Of a DNA stretch of 64,000 bases, positions 55,691-64,000 are shown in pieces (position 1 is the stretch's first letter; every line of letters begins with the position of its first letter). The position numbers and the translations under genes were made by a program. Source of the DNA: Candidatus Woesebacteria bacterium (lineage in GTDB: Bacteria > Patescibacteriota > Microgenomatia > UBA8517). Where the stretch lies: contig CP055308.1 of NCBI GenBank assembly GCA_013374855.1, forward strand, positions 272,715 through 336,714, read 5' to 3'. The notes beneath the pieces were generated by a model. It was not told where the DNA came from, did not search any database, and saw only the letters and a program-made list of their open reading frames with translations.

Positions 55691-58612
55691 ATGACTTCTG
55701 AGAAAAAACTAAATGAAGAGCAACTGAAGGCAATCAAGCACAAAGATGGCCCGCTTTTGATAATTGCAGGAGCAGGTACAGGCAAAACAACAGTAATAAC
55801 AGAAAGAATTAAATATCTAATAAGCAAGGGTTTGGCAAAACCATCGGAAATTCTTGCTTTAACCTTTACAGAAAAGGCAGCTTCTGAGATGCAATCAAGG
55901 ATCGAAGAATCTCTTCCCTATGGTTATGTGCAGATGTGGGTTACTACGTTCCATTCTTTTGGGGATAGAATTTTAAAACAAGAGGCTGTTAATGTTGGTT
56001 TGAGCAACGATTATCATCTTTTAACAGAAGCAGAATCTGTTCAACTTGTTAGGGACAATCTTTTTAGATTTGATCTTGATTATTACAGGCCGCTTGGGAA
56101 CCCAACTAAGTTTATAAGAGAGATGGTCCGTCATTTTTCAAGGCTTAAAGATGAGGATGTTTCGGTAGCTGATTACATTACCTGGGTTGACCGAAAGGAA
56201 AAGGAATTTAGAGGAAAAAGTGAAGATGATCTGCTTGAGATTAAGAAATGGAAGGAGCTTGCTTTTGCCTTCGAGACTTATGAGGAAATTAAGAACCAGA
56301 AAGATTATGTTGATTTTGGTGATTTGATTGTTAAAACCCTTCTTCTTTTTAGAAAAAGACCGAACATCTTAAAAATTTACCAGAATCGATTTAAATACAT
56401 TTTGGTTGATGAATTTCAGGACACAAATTATGCTCAATATGAGTTAGTTAAGCTTTTGGCAGGGGAAAAGGGAAATCTTACTGTTGTTGGTGATGATGAT
56501 CAATCTATATATAGATTTCGGGGTGCAGCGGTAAGCAACATAATTCAGTTTAAGAAAGATTATCCTAGGGCTTTGGTTGTGGTTCTTACTAAAAATTACA
56601 GATCTTGCCAGGAAATTTTGGATAAGGCATATGGCCTTATCAAACACAACGACCCAGACAGACTGGAGGTTGTTGAGAAAATAAACAAAAAGCTTGTTTC
56701 TATGGTGGACACAAAAAAAGAAGATGGGGGTGTTTTTTTCTATAAGGCAAGAACCGGAGATGATGAGGCAGATTTGGTAGCTGATAAGATTATTAACTTA
56801 GTCGACAAAGAAAGTTTCCATTATAAAGATATTGCAGTTTTGGTAAGAGCGAACAACCATGCTGATCCTTTTATTAGGTCATTTTTGAGGAAAGGCATTC
56901 CGTATCAATTTTTAGGTCCGTCTAAGCTTTTCAAAAAAACTGAAGTTTTGAATCTTATTGCTTATCTTAAGATTTTGGAAAATGTTTACGATTCTTCTTC
57001 TTTTTATCGGCTCTTGTCTTCTGAATATGTTGATGTTCCACCGCGTGATATTGCCTTTATCAACTCTCTTGCCAGAAGAAAAAACCTTTCTCTTTTTGAA
57101 GTTTGCGAAAGATTGGATGAGGTAAATATTAGTAATGAAGCTAAGGTTAGAATTGAAAATTTTTTGAAGATTGTCAAAAAACATCTTGCTCTTCTAACGA
57201 AAGAGACAGCAGGCCAGATTCTTTTTAGTTTTCTTGAAGAAAGTGGCTTTTTAAAGAAGCTGGTTTCACCTGATAATCCTTATGCACAAAATATAGCCGG
57301 CAATATTTCTAAATTTTTTGAAAAAATTAAAAACTATGAATCAAGTTATGAAGATGCTAGTGTCACATCGGTTGTTAACTGGATAGATTTGTCTGCCGAG
57401 ATTGGTGAGTCACCTATTGCTACAGAGATTGATTGGGAGGATTCAGATTCTGTAAATATCATTACTGTTCATTCTGCCAAAGGTCTTGAGTTCCCGGTTG
57501 TTTTTCTTGTTAATTTAGTAGAAGAGAGATTTCCTTCACGAGACAGAAGAGAGGTAATTCCCATTCCTGATGAGCTAATTAAAGAGATTTTGCCAGTGGG
57601 GGATTATCATCTTGAGGAAGAAAGAAGGCTTTTTTATGTTGGGATGACTCGTGCAAAACTTAAACTATTTTTAACGGCTTCTGATTTTTATTCTCAAGGG
57701 AAAAGGAAAAAACAAATCTCACCCTTTGTTATAGAAGCTTTGGGGGAAGATTCTTTAAAGACAAAAACTATTTCAAAAGTAAACCAACTTGCTCTTCTTG
57801 ATTATCAACCCTTGATAAAGGAAAAGGATATGCTAAATACTCCTCTTTATATAACATCTCTTTCTTATACTCAGATTGAGACATTTAGAACTTGCCCTCT
57901 TCATTATAAGTTAAGGTATATTCTTAATATTCCTTCTTTACCATCAGCATCGCAAAGTTTTGGAACATCAATTCATCTTGCGCTGCGTGATTTTTACAGA
58001 TTTTTTGGGAAAGGGGAATTTAGAAGATTTTCTCAAGAGAGACTTGTTAAGGAATTGATTTCTCTACTGAAGAAAAACTGGATATCTGATGGTTTTTTAT
58101 CCAAAGATCATGAAAGGCAATTTTTTGATAGGGGTGAAAGGTACTTGGAAGATTATATTAAAACTGAATTTAATCCTGATATAAAAACGGCATTAACGGA
58201 GGAAAATTTTTCTGTTTTTCTACCTCTTGAGAGACCGCTTAAGCTTATAGGCAGGATGGATAGAGTGGATATTTTACCTGATGGGGGGATTGAGATAGTT
58301 GATTATAAAAGTGGCACGAAAGTACCAACCCAGAAAGAAGTTGATAAAGATTTGCAGATGTCCTTCTATGCGATAGCGGCAGACAAAATAAAGGAATCGC
58401 CTTTTGAAGTTGATCTAAAGAAGATTAAGTTTACTCTTTATTATTTTGAGACAAAGACTAAACTAACTACCCAAAGAACAGAAGAACAGATAAGGTTAGC
58501 AATTGAAGAAATTGCAAAAATAAGAGAAGAGATGGAAAACTCTGATTTTTCCTGCTCTGGTTCATATTTGTGCCAGAATTGTGAATTTCGTGATTTTTGC
58601 AATGTTGGCTAA
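55691..58612 (+). CDS. UvrD/PcrA-like SF1 helicase fused to PD-(D/E)XK nuclease with four-Cys Fe-S staple
   Basis: AGAGTGKT, DEFQD, GDDDQSIY.FRGA, TVHSAKGLEF, EERRLFYV; TCP...GRMDR...VDYK...CQNC.....C. Confidence 0.92.
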   Translation: MTSEKKLNEEQLKAIKHKDGPLLIIAGAGTGKTTVITERIKYLISKGLAKPSEILALTFTEKAASEMQSRIEESLPYGYVQMWVTTFHSFGDRILKQEAVNVGLSNDYHLLTEAESVQLVRDNLFRFDLDYYRPLGNPTKFIREMVRHFSRLKDEDVSVADYITWVDRKEKEFRGKSEDDLLEIKKWKELAFAFETYEEIKNQKDYVDFGDLIVKTLLLFRKRPNILKIYQNRFKYILVDEFQDTNYAQYELVKLLAGEKGNLTVVGDDDQSIYRFRGAAVSNIIQFKKDYPRALVVVLTKNYRSCQEILDKAYGLIKHNDPDRLEVVEKINKKLVSMVDTKKEDGGVFFYKARTGDDEADLVADKIINLVDKESFHYKDIAVLVRANNHADPFIRSFLRKGIPYQFLGPSKLFKKTEVLNLIAYLKILENVYDSSSFYRLLSSEYVDVPPRDIAFINSLARRKNLSLFEVCERLDEVNISNEAKVRIENFLKIVKKHLALLTKETAGQILFSFLEESGFLKKLVSPDNPYAQNIAGNISKFFEKIKNYESSYEDASVTSVVNWIDLSAEIGESPIATEIDWEDSDSVNIITVHSAKGLEFPVVFLVNLVEERFPSRDRREVIPIPDELIKEILPVGDYHLEEERRLFYVGMTRAKLKLFLTASDFYSQGKRKKQISPFVIEALGEDSLKTKTISKVNQLALLDYQPLIKEKDMLNTPLYITSLSYTQIETFRTCPLHYKLRYILNIPSLPSASQSFGTSIHLALRDFYRFFGKGEFRRFSQERLVKELISLLKKNWISDGFLSKDHERQFFDRGERYLEDYIKTEFNPDIKTALTEENFSVFLPLERPLKLIGRMDRVDILPDGGIEIVDYKSGTKVPTQKEVDKDLQMSFYAIAADKIKESPFEVDLKKIKFTLYYFETKTKLTTQRTEEQIRLAIEEIAKIREEMENSDFSCSGSYLCQNCEFRDFCNVG

Positions 58613-59413
58613 AAGGTTTATGCTCCAGAAAGAAAATGCACCGGGGTAGTGTTTTTCTTTTCCTCCAAAGGATTTTTTAAAATGGGTAAATCCAAGCCAG
58701 CTGTGGTTTGGAAAACGGGAGTCATAAATTCCTTCAAAGTCAAAATATTTACATCCTTCTTTTTTTGCCCACTCTATACCTTGCCAGACTATTTGGTATT
58801 GGACTAGTTTTTTTCTTGCTTTTTGATTTGTAAATGCTTGCCAGTAATACCCTGTTGTTTTGGTGCGTAAAAAGATAGCTCCTGAATATGCTCGGCCTTC
58901 TTTGTACAGAAGGAAAAGCGATTTTTCCCCAAAGCTTTGGTGAATTGCCTCTAAATTTGTGATAGATGGAATATATCTTTTGAAATTTACTGATTTTTTC
59001 CAAAGTTTCCTGAATAGTTTAATGTCTTTGGACTTTTCTATTACAAGATCTTTAGTTTTTTTAATTGCGTATTTACAATCTTTTTCAAGATTAGAATACA
59101 GGTCTTTGCCTTTAAGATTAAGAACCAGAGTTTTTGAGGGGAGATACGGATTTGTTTTTTTGAAGCCAAGACTGATTATTTTTTTTGCTTGCGAGCTGTT
59201 TTTTGGCTCAAAAATTATGTTTATTATCCCTTTTGTTTTTTTAAGTCTTCTGATATAGGCAATGTTTATTTTTTCTGGTCTTTGGATCTTGATTATTTTT
59301 AAAAATGGAAAAATCTTTTTCTGAAAATAATAAACTTCTTTTATCTTTTTTATTCGCCAGCCTGTTTTTTGAAGGAGTATTGCATATTCTTTGGTTTGTC
59401 TTATATCTTTCAT
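58562..59413 (-). CDS. FemAB/FemX-like peptidoglycan bridge aminoacyltransferase
   Basis: DIRQT..Y, FDFEGI, GFTHFKKSFGG; ATGA overlap with the upstream paralogue. Confidence 0.8.
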   Translation of the reverse strand: MKDIRQTKEYAILLQKTGWRIKKIKEVYYFQKKIFPFLKIIKIQRPEKINIAYIRRLKKTKGIINIIFEPKNSSQAKKIISLGFKKTNPYLPSKTLVLNLKGKDLYSNLEKDCKYAIKKTKDLVIEKSKDIKLFRKLWKKSVNFKRYIPSITNLEAIHQSFGEKSLFLLYKEGRAYSGAIFLRTKTTGYYWQAFTNQKARKKLVQYQIVWQGIEWAKKEGCKYFDFEGIYDSRFPNHSWLGFTHFKKSFGGKEKHYPGAFSFWSINLLANIAKITKFTILAQI

Positions 59414-60411
59414 CTGATAAGGGGAAATATTTTTTTTAAGAAGAACCATCTTATTTTATCGACTATTTTGTAGAGGTAGTACATTTTTTTGTTTATGATC
59501 AGATCCCAGCTTCCTATGAATTCTAATGTTTTTGGACTATATCCCTCTTTAAACTTTGTGAATCCTTTTCCTTCCTCTTTACCCCAAAGATCAAAGAAAG
59601 AAAGCTTTTTGTTTTTAGCAAATTTTATTGCCTCCCACATCATAAGGTTGCTCCCCATTAATTTGTGGTATTTATAATCTGAAGCACCGTATGGGTAATA
59701 TAAGAATTTTCCCAGTACAAAAACAATCCAGGTGACTATAATTTTGCCTTTATGTTTGGCTACGAGTAGATGAGCTATCGGTTCTCTTTTCTGTTTTATT
59801 AGGTTTGTGTGAAGGTGTTTCCACATAAGTCTGTGGTATTTTTCTGTGTGTGCGTAAAAGTTTTGTCTTTTGGCGGTTTCAAAGGTCAGTTTTAGGTATT
59901 TATTAAAAGCTTTCTTGGAGTTGTCTTCAACGATAACTACTCCCTTTTTTTGTGCATAGCGAATATTGTAGCGGGTTTTGGGGTGAAATGAAGCCAAAAG
60001 CTCTTCTTCGGTTTTTCCAAGATCAATCCAGAATGTTTGTTGGGTAAAAAGAGGTTTCCCTTTAGCACAACCTTCCTCTTTTAGTATTTCTATTTGTTTT
60101 TGGGCTCTTTTTTCCTCTTTTCTTATATTTGGTTCTATTTTGACAAAAATAGCATTTTTACTCTTGGCTACCGCTTTTATTTTTTGGATAATTTCTTTTG
60201 TGAGGAAGTCACACTTTAAGGCGGTGCCTATGGTAAGTTTAGTGTAGGGAATACGGCTAAAAACTATTTGTAGCACCTTTTTCTTTTTGTTTTGTGTATA
60301 GATGAACCTTTCTACAATATTCCCCCATTCTTTTCTGAACTCTCCCCACTCCCAAGTTTGCAAGGGATGAGTTGCAATTCTATCGAATTCAGATGGACTT
60401 ATTTTATTCAT
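59410..60411 (-). CDS. FemAB/FemX-like peptidoglycan bridge aminoacyltransferase
   Basis: HPLQTWEWGEFR, KTRYNIRYA.KKGV, YPYGAS, FDLWG, FKEGY. Confidence 0.9.
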   Translation of the reverse strand: MNKISPSEFDRIATHPLQTWEWGEFRKEWGNIVERFIYTQNKKKKVLQIVFSRIPYTKLTIGTALKCDFLTKEIIQKIKAVAKSKNAIFVKIEPNIRKEEKRAQKQIEILKEEGCAKGKPLFTQQTFWIDLGKTEEELLASFHPKTRYNIRYAQKKGVVIVEDNSKKAFNKYLKLTFETAKRQNFYAHTEKYHRLMWKHLHTNLIKQKREPIAHLLVAKHKGKIIVTWIVFVLGKFLYYPYGASDYKYHKLMGSNLMMWEAIKFAKNKKLSFFDLWGKEEGKGFTKFKEGYSPKTLEFIGSWDLIINKKMYYLYKIVDKIRWFFLKKIFPLIR

Positions 60412-62291
60412 TTTTCTTTAAGATACTTTTCTATTATACCCTCGAAGGAGAAGAAATCCTCATAAGATGATTTTTGGGGTTTTTCTGGCTCGGTTTCTAT
60501 CTGGACAACCAAATCTTGAGGTATATCTTGCAAAAATCTTGACGGAGAATTTTCAACAAAATCTCCATAAAAAAGTCTTCGCTTAGAAAATGTTAGGAAC
60601 AGTCTTTCTTTTGCTCGGGTTATTCCTACATAAGCCAGTCTTCTTTCTTCCTCAAGTTGGTTTATATCATCCAAACTTCTTGAGTGGGGGAAAATGCCCT
60701 CTTCAAGTCCTACTATAAAAACATGTTTAAACTCCAAACCTTTTGCGGCATGAAGAGTCATTAGGTATACTGCGTCTTCCTTATTTTCTTTTTTTATTTT
60801 TCCCCCTTTTTCTTGTTCTGCTTCAATTAGGGCAATATTTTCTAAAAATTCGTTTAGGTCTTCAAATTCACGAGCAACTGATCTTAGTTCTTTTATGTTT
60901 TCAAGACGAGACAAATTTTCTTCTGTTTCTCTTTTGAACCTATCGAGATATTTGGTTTTATCTAGGATAGTATCCATTATCTCAAGCGTGGTGAGGTCTT
61001 GGGTTTTGTCTTTAAGTTCCTCTTGTAACTTTTGAAATAAATTTACTCTTTTTTTACCAAGTTTTTTTATCCTGTTTCTAGAAACAGAATCTTTTGGTTT
61101 TACGATTAACCTTAAGAAAGAAATGATATCCTTAATTTCTGCTCGATTGTAGAAACGAACTCCGCCAAATAGTTTGTATCTTATTCCGTAACTTAGGAAG
61201 GCCTCTTCGATGGTTCTTGATTGCGCATTTGTTCGATAAAGTACCGCAATATCCTGATTTTTATCAGTTTGAGAAAGTTCCTTTATCTTTTCTGCAACAA
61301 AAATTGCTTCATCTGTTTGGTTTTTTGCTTTATAGATTAATATTTTTTCTCCTTCCTTGTTCTGAGTCCACAATGAAAGGACTGGATGTGTTTTGTTTTT
61401 TTGTATGACGGAGTTTGCGGCCTTGAGAATTATTTTTGTTGAACGATAATTTTGTTCAAGGTTGATAATTTTGATATCTGGAAAATCTTTGATGAGGTTA
61501 TTTATGTTTCTAAAATCTGCTCCTCTCCAAGAATAGATTGATTGACTTGCATCGCCAACACAAGTTAGATTTTGGTGTTTTTCTACAAGGCTTTTGGTGA
61601 GCAAATATTGAATTTTATTTGTATCTTGCCATTCATCAACAAGTACCATTTTGATTTTTTCTTGCCATTTTCTTTTAGCAAGATTTGATTCCTGCAAAAG
61701 TTCAAAACCCTTGAGCAAAAGATCGTCAAAATCTAAAGCTCCATTTTTTTTCAGACTTTTTTGATAGAGAGAATATATTTTGGCAACATTTTCTTGCCAC
61801 TCGCTTTTTATGAAGTCTTTATATTCATTTTCGTTTAAAAGGCTTGTTTTAATATCAGAAATAGCACTGAGGATTGTCTTTGGTTTATATAAATCAGATG
61901 ATAGCTCTAGTGTCTCTACAATTTCTTTGATCAAACTGGTGCTATCGTCTTCATCATAGATTATAAAATCTTTTGGTATATTTATTTCTTTTCCATCTAT
62001 CCTTAATAGTCTTGCGCAAAATGAATGAAAGGTGCCGGTAAAAAATGGCTGTTTTTGAGAAAGCTTAATTATTCTATTTTTCATTTCATCAGCTGCTTTA
62101 TTGGTAAATGTTAGAAGAACAATGTTTTCTGGTTTTTTTCTATTTGTTTGAATAAACCAAGCGGCTCTATGAGTTAAGACTTTTGTTTTTCCACTTCCAG
62201 CACCAGCAAGAACAAGTAGTGGCCCGCTTTCAAATAAGACTGATTCTTTTTGTTTGTCGTTAAGATCGTTCAGTATATTGTCTTGGTCCAT
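60408..62291 (-). CDS. pcrA: ATP-dependent DNA helicase PcrA/UvrD
   Basis: LAGAGSGKT, TFTNKAA, DEWQDTN, QSIYSWRGA, YRTNAQSR, MTLHAAKGLEF, EERRLAYVG. Confidence 0.9.
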   Translation of the reverse strand: MDQDNILNDLNDKQKESVLFESGPLLVLAGAGSGKTKVLTHRAAWFIQTNRKKPENIVLLTFTNKAADEMKNRIIKLSQKQPFFTGTFHSFCARLLRIDGKEINIPKDFIIYDEDDSTSLIKEIVETLELSSDLYKPKTILSAISDIKTSLLNENEYKDFIKSEWQENVAKIYSLYQKSLKKNGALDFDDLLLKGFELLQESNLAKRKWQEKIKMVLVDEWQDTNKIQYLLTKSLVEKHQNLTCVGDASQSIYSWRGADFRNINNLIKDFPDIKIINLEQNYRSTKIILKAANSVIQKNKTHPVLSLWTQNKEGEKILIYKAKNQTDEAIFVAEKIKELSQTDKNQDIAVLYRTNAQSRTIEEAFLSYGIRYKLFGGVRFYNRAEIKDIISFLRLIVKPKDSVSRNRIKKLGKKRVNLFQKLQEELKDKTQDLTTLEIMDTILDKTKYLDRFKRETEENLSRLENIKELRSVAREFEDLNEFLENIALIEAEQEKGGKIKKENKEDAVYLMTLHAAKGLEFKHVFIVGLEEGIFPHSRSLDDINQLEEERRLAYVGITRAKERLFLTFSKRRLFYGDFVENSPSRFLQDIPQDLVVQIETEPEKPQKSSYEDFFSFEGIIEKYLKEK

Positions 62292-62318
62292 TTTATGGTT
62301 TACACTACATTAGTTAGT

Positions 62319-63401
62319 ATGACAAGGAAGAATAAATTATCAAGAAGTCTTTTGAGGATAAAAAAGTTTTTTCTCAAGAATATTGTTTTAACTAGATTTA
62401 TAATCTTTTCTTTTGTTTTATTTATTATATTTTTCTTTTCTATTTTTGTTTTTAATTACCTTAGAAATAGTGGGGTCTTTTATTATTTTGATTTAGTTCG
62501 TGCTTTTGTTTTTCCTAGCTTTTCTGACTTTAAATCATCGGGCAGAAGGGTGAACTTTTTGATATTGGGTAAGGGCGGAGCAGGTCATGAGGCACCTGAT
62601 CTAACAGATACAATGATCTTTGCTTCACTTTTTTTGGGAGAGGGCAGTAGAAAACCAAATATTACTCTTATTTCTTTACCGCGTGATATTTGGATATCTG
62701 ATCTGAGAACAAAATTAAATAGCCTTTATTATTGGGGTAATAAAAAGCAAGAAAATGGGGGAATTTCTTTGGCAAGGGTAAAAACAGAAGAGATGTTGGG
62801 AGTTCCAATCCACTATGTAATCGTTGTTGATTTTGGGGTTTTTAGAGAGGTTATTGATCTTTTAGGTGGGGTGAACGTTTATGTTGAAAATTCTTTTGAG
62901 GACAAGTGGTATCCTATAGAAGGCAAGGAAAATGATGATTGTGGTGGCGACCCTCTCTTTCGTTGCAGATACAAAACTGTTGCTTTTGAAAAAGGTTGGC
63001 ATAATATGGACGGGGAAACTGCTTTGGAATTTGTTCGCTCAAGAAAAGCAGAAGGTGACGAAGGAACTGATATTGCTCGGCAGAGAAGGCAACATCAGGT
63101 GATTGAGGCTATAAAAAATGCCCTGCTTGACAAGAGTTTTTTTCTTTCTCCGGTTAAAGTAAAATCATTTTTGAATTTGATTTTATTTAACACAGAAACT
63201 GATATTGATGCAAAAGCAGCCTTTGCTTTGGCAAGATATGCATTTTTAGCAAGAGGTAATATCAAAAAAGAAATTCTGAACGAGAGGTTTTTGGATAATC
63301 CTCCAATTTCTCCCAAATATGACAACCTCTATGTTTTTGTTCCCAAAGGAGGGGATTGGAAAAATGTTCAAGTGTGGGTTAAAGAGGTTCTTGAATACTA
63401 A
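62319..63401 (+). CDS. LCP (LytR-CpsA-Psr) family protein
   Basis: N-terminal TM; LTDTM, SLPRD, FVRSR, DIARQRRQ. Confidence 0.92.
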   Translation: MTRKNKLSRSLLRIKKFFLKNIVLTRFIIFSFVLFIIFFFSIFVFNYLRNSGVFYYFDLVRAFVFPSFSDFKSSGRRVNFLILGKGGAGHEAPDLTDTMIFASLFLGEGSRKPNITLISLPRDIWISDLRTKLNSLYYWGNKKQENGGISLARVKTEEMLGVPIHYVIVVDFGVFREVIDLLGGVNVYVENSFEDKWYPIEGKENDDCGGDPLFRCRYKTVAFEKGWHNMDGETALEFVRSRKAEGDEGTDIARQRRQHQVIEAIKNALLDKSFFLSPVKVKSFLNLILFNTETDIDAKAAFALARYAFLARGNIKKEILNERFLDNPPISPKYDNLYVFVPKGGDWKNVQVWVKEVLEY

Positions 63402-64000
63402 CTTGCTTTTTGATTTTGTAGATTAGACCACTTTCTTCTAAGACAAGGTCTTTTTCTTTGAGATTTATTTTTTCTATGAAATAAACAGGTCTTTTATCAA
63501 TTAGGGTTTTGGCTTCTTCTTCCCAATTTTCTTGCCCTGTGTTTATTATGGTTATGTCTTTTCTTTTTTCTTCAACCTTTTGAAGGTACCACAATGGGGT
63601 AGAATAACTCCACCATGAGAATATTACCGCGTCTTTTTCTGAATTATTTAAAACCTCTTCTGCCCAAAGCCTTGCCTGAAAATTTTTGCTCTGATCAAGG
63701 ATTGGGAAATTCGTAACTATTGATTTGTTAATGAATACAGAAGTTGCAGTTACAAACACTAAAATTATTAAAAATTCTAATTTTTTGCCTTTTTCAATTA
63801 TTTTGCCTATAGAAATAGATGCAAATATTAAAATAATTGACAGAGCAGGAATATAATATCTTTCTATTACCGCATTTGGATAATTGGCAACAAAAATTAG
63901 GTTTGCAAGAAGGGGAATAAAAAGGGTTGTGGTTATCATTCTTTCTTTTTTTGACGATATTCCTAAAATAATTCCAAAGAAAGAAAATAATAAATAAGGT
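63379..64000 (-). CDS. C-terminal part of a membrane protein (GT-C/DUF2723-like); 5' end outside window
   Basis: Frame stays open to base 64000; ERYYIP, PLWYLQ.VE..R.D. Confidence 0.6.
   Translation of the reverse strand, partial: PYLLFSFFGIILGISSKKERMITTTLFIPLLANLIFVANYPNAVIERYYIPALSIILIFASISIGKIIEKGKKLEFLIILVFVTATSVFINKSIVTNFPILDQSKNFQARLWAEEVLNNSEKDAVIFSWWSYSTPLWYLQKVEEKRKDITIINTGQENWEEEAKTLIDKRPVYFIEKINLKEKDLVLEESGLIYKIKKQVSIQEPL

Noticed and set aside
255-63325. Numerous 60-170 aa ORFs nested in or antisense to long genes
   Set aside because: Shadow ORFs of well-supported genes, with no motifs or independent start signals
1-64000. Alternative genetic code (TGA=Gly) as in Gracilibacteria/Absconditabacteria
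   Set aside because: Conserved genes are full length under code 11 and several end in TGA with ATGA overlaps

Overview
AT-rich bacterial chromosome segment (standard code; TGA used as stop) spanning the replication origin. Gene content and style (short ValRS/MetRS, DUF4012-, VanW-, PEGA-, FemAB- and YerC-like proteins) suggest Patescibacteria/CPR, probably Microgenomates; this is inference. Layout: M23 and Ig-like genes; dnaN-[oriC with DnaA boxes and DnaA-trios, where base skew flips]-dnaA; rpmH-rnpA-yidD-yidC-jag; housekeeping and envelope genes (rnhA, rplY, valS, tsaD, a tsaC-tsaE fusion). Next comes a variable hotspot upstream of groES-groEL. There, 44-bp direct repeats enclose a 5'-truncated radical-SAM/SPASM/RRE gene, a six-Cys acidic peptide and a HExxH protein. 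These are followed by about 550 bp of non-coding DNA built from at least six different 7-nt tandem-repeat families plus REP-like palindromes. After groEL lies an accessory/defence island (radC stub, NUDIX, PLD-SF2 helicase, N6-MTase, 1206-aa unknown protein, protease, GxxExxY). The rest holds murC, tRNA-Cys, CIRCE-controlled hsp20, a lipid-linked glycosylation cluster, metG, rmuC, two UvrD-family helicases, a femAB-like pair and an LCP protein. Many genes look leaderless. All calls come from motif recognition by eye; no searches were run.
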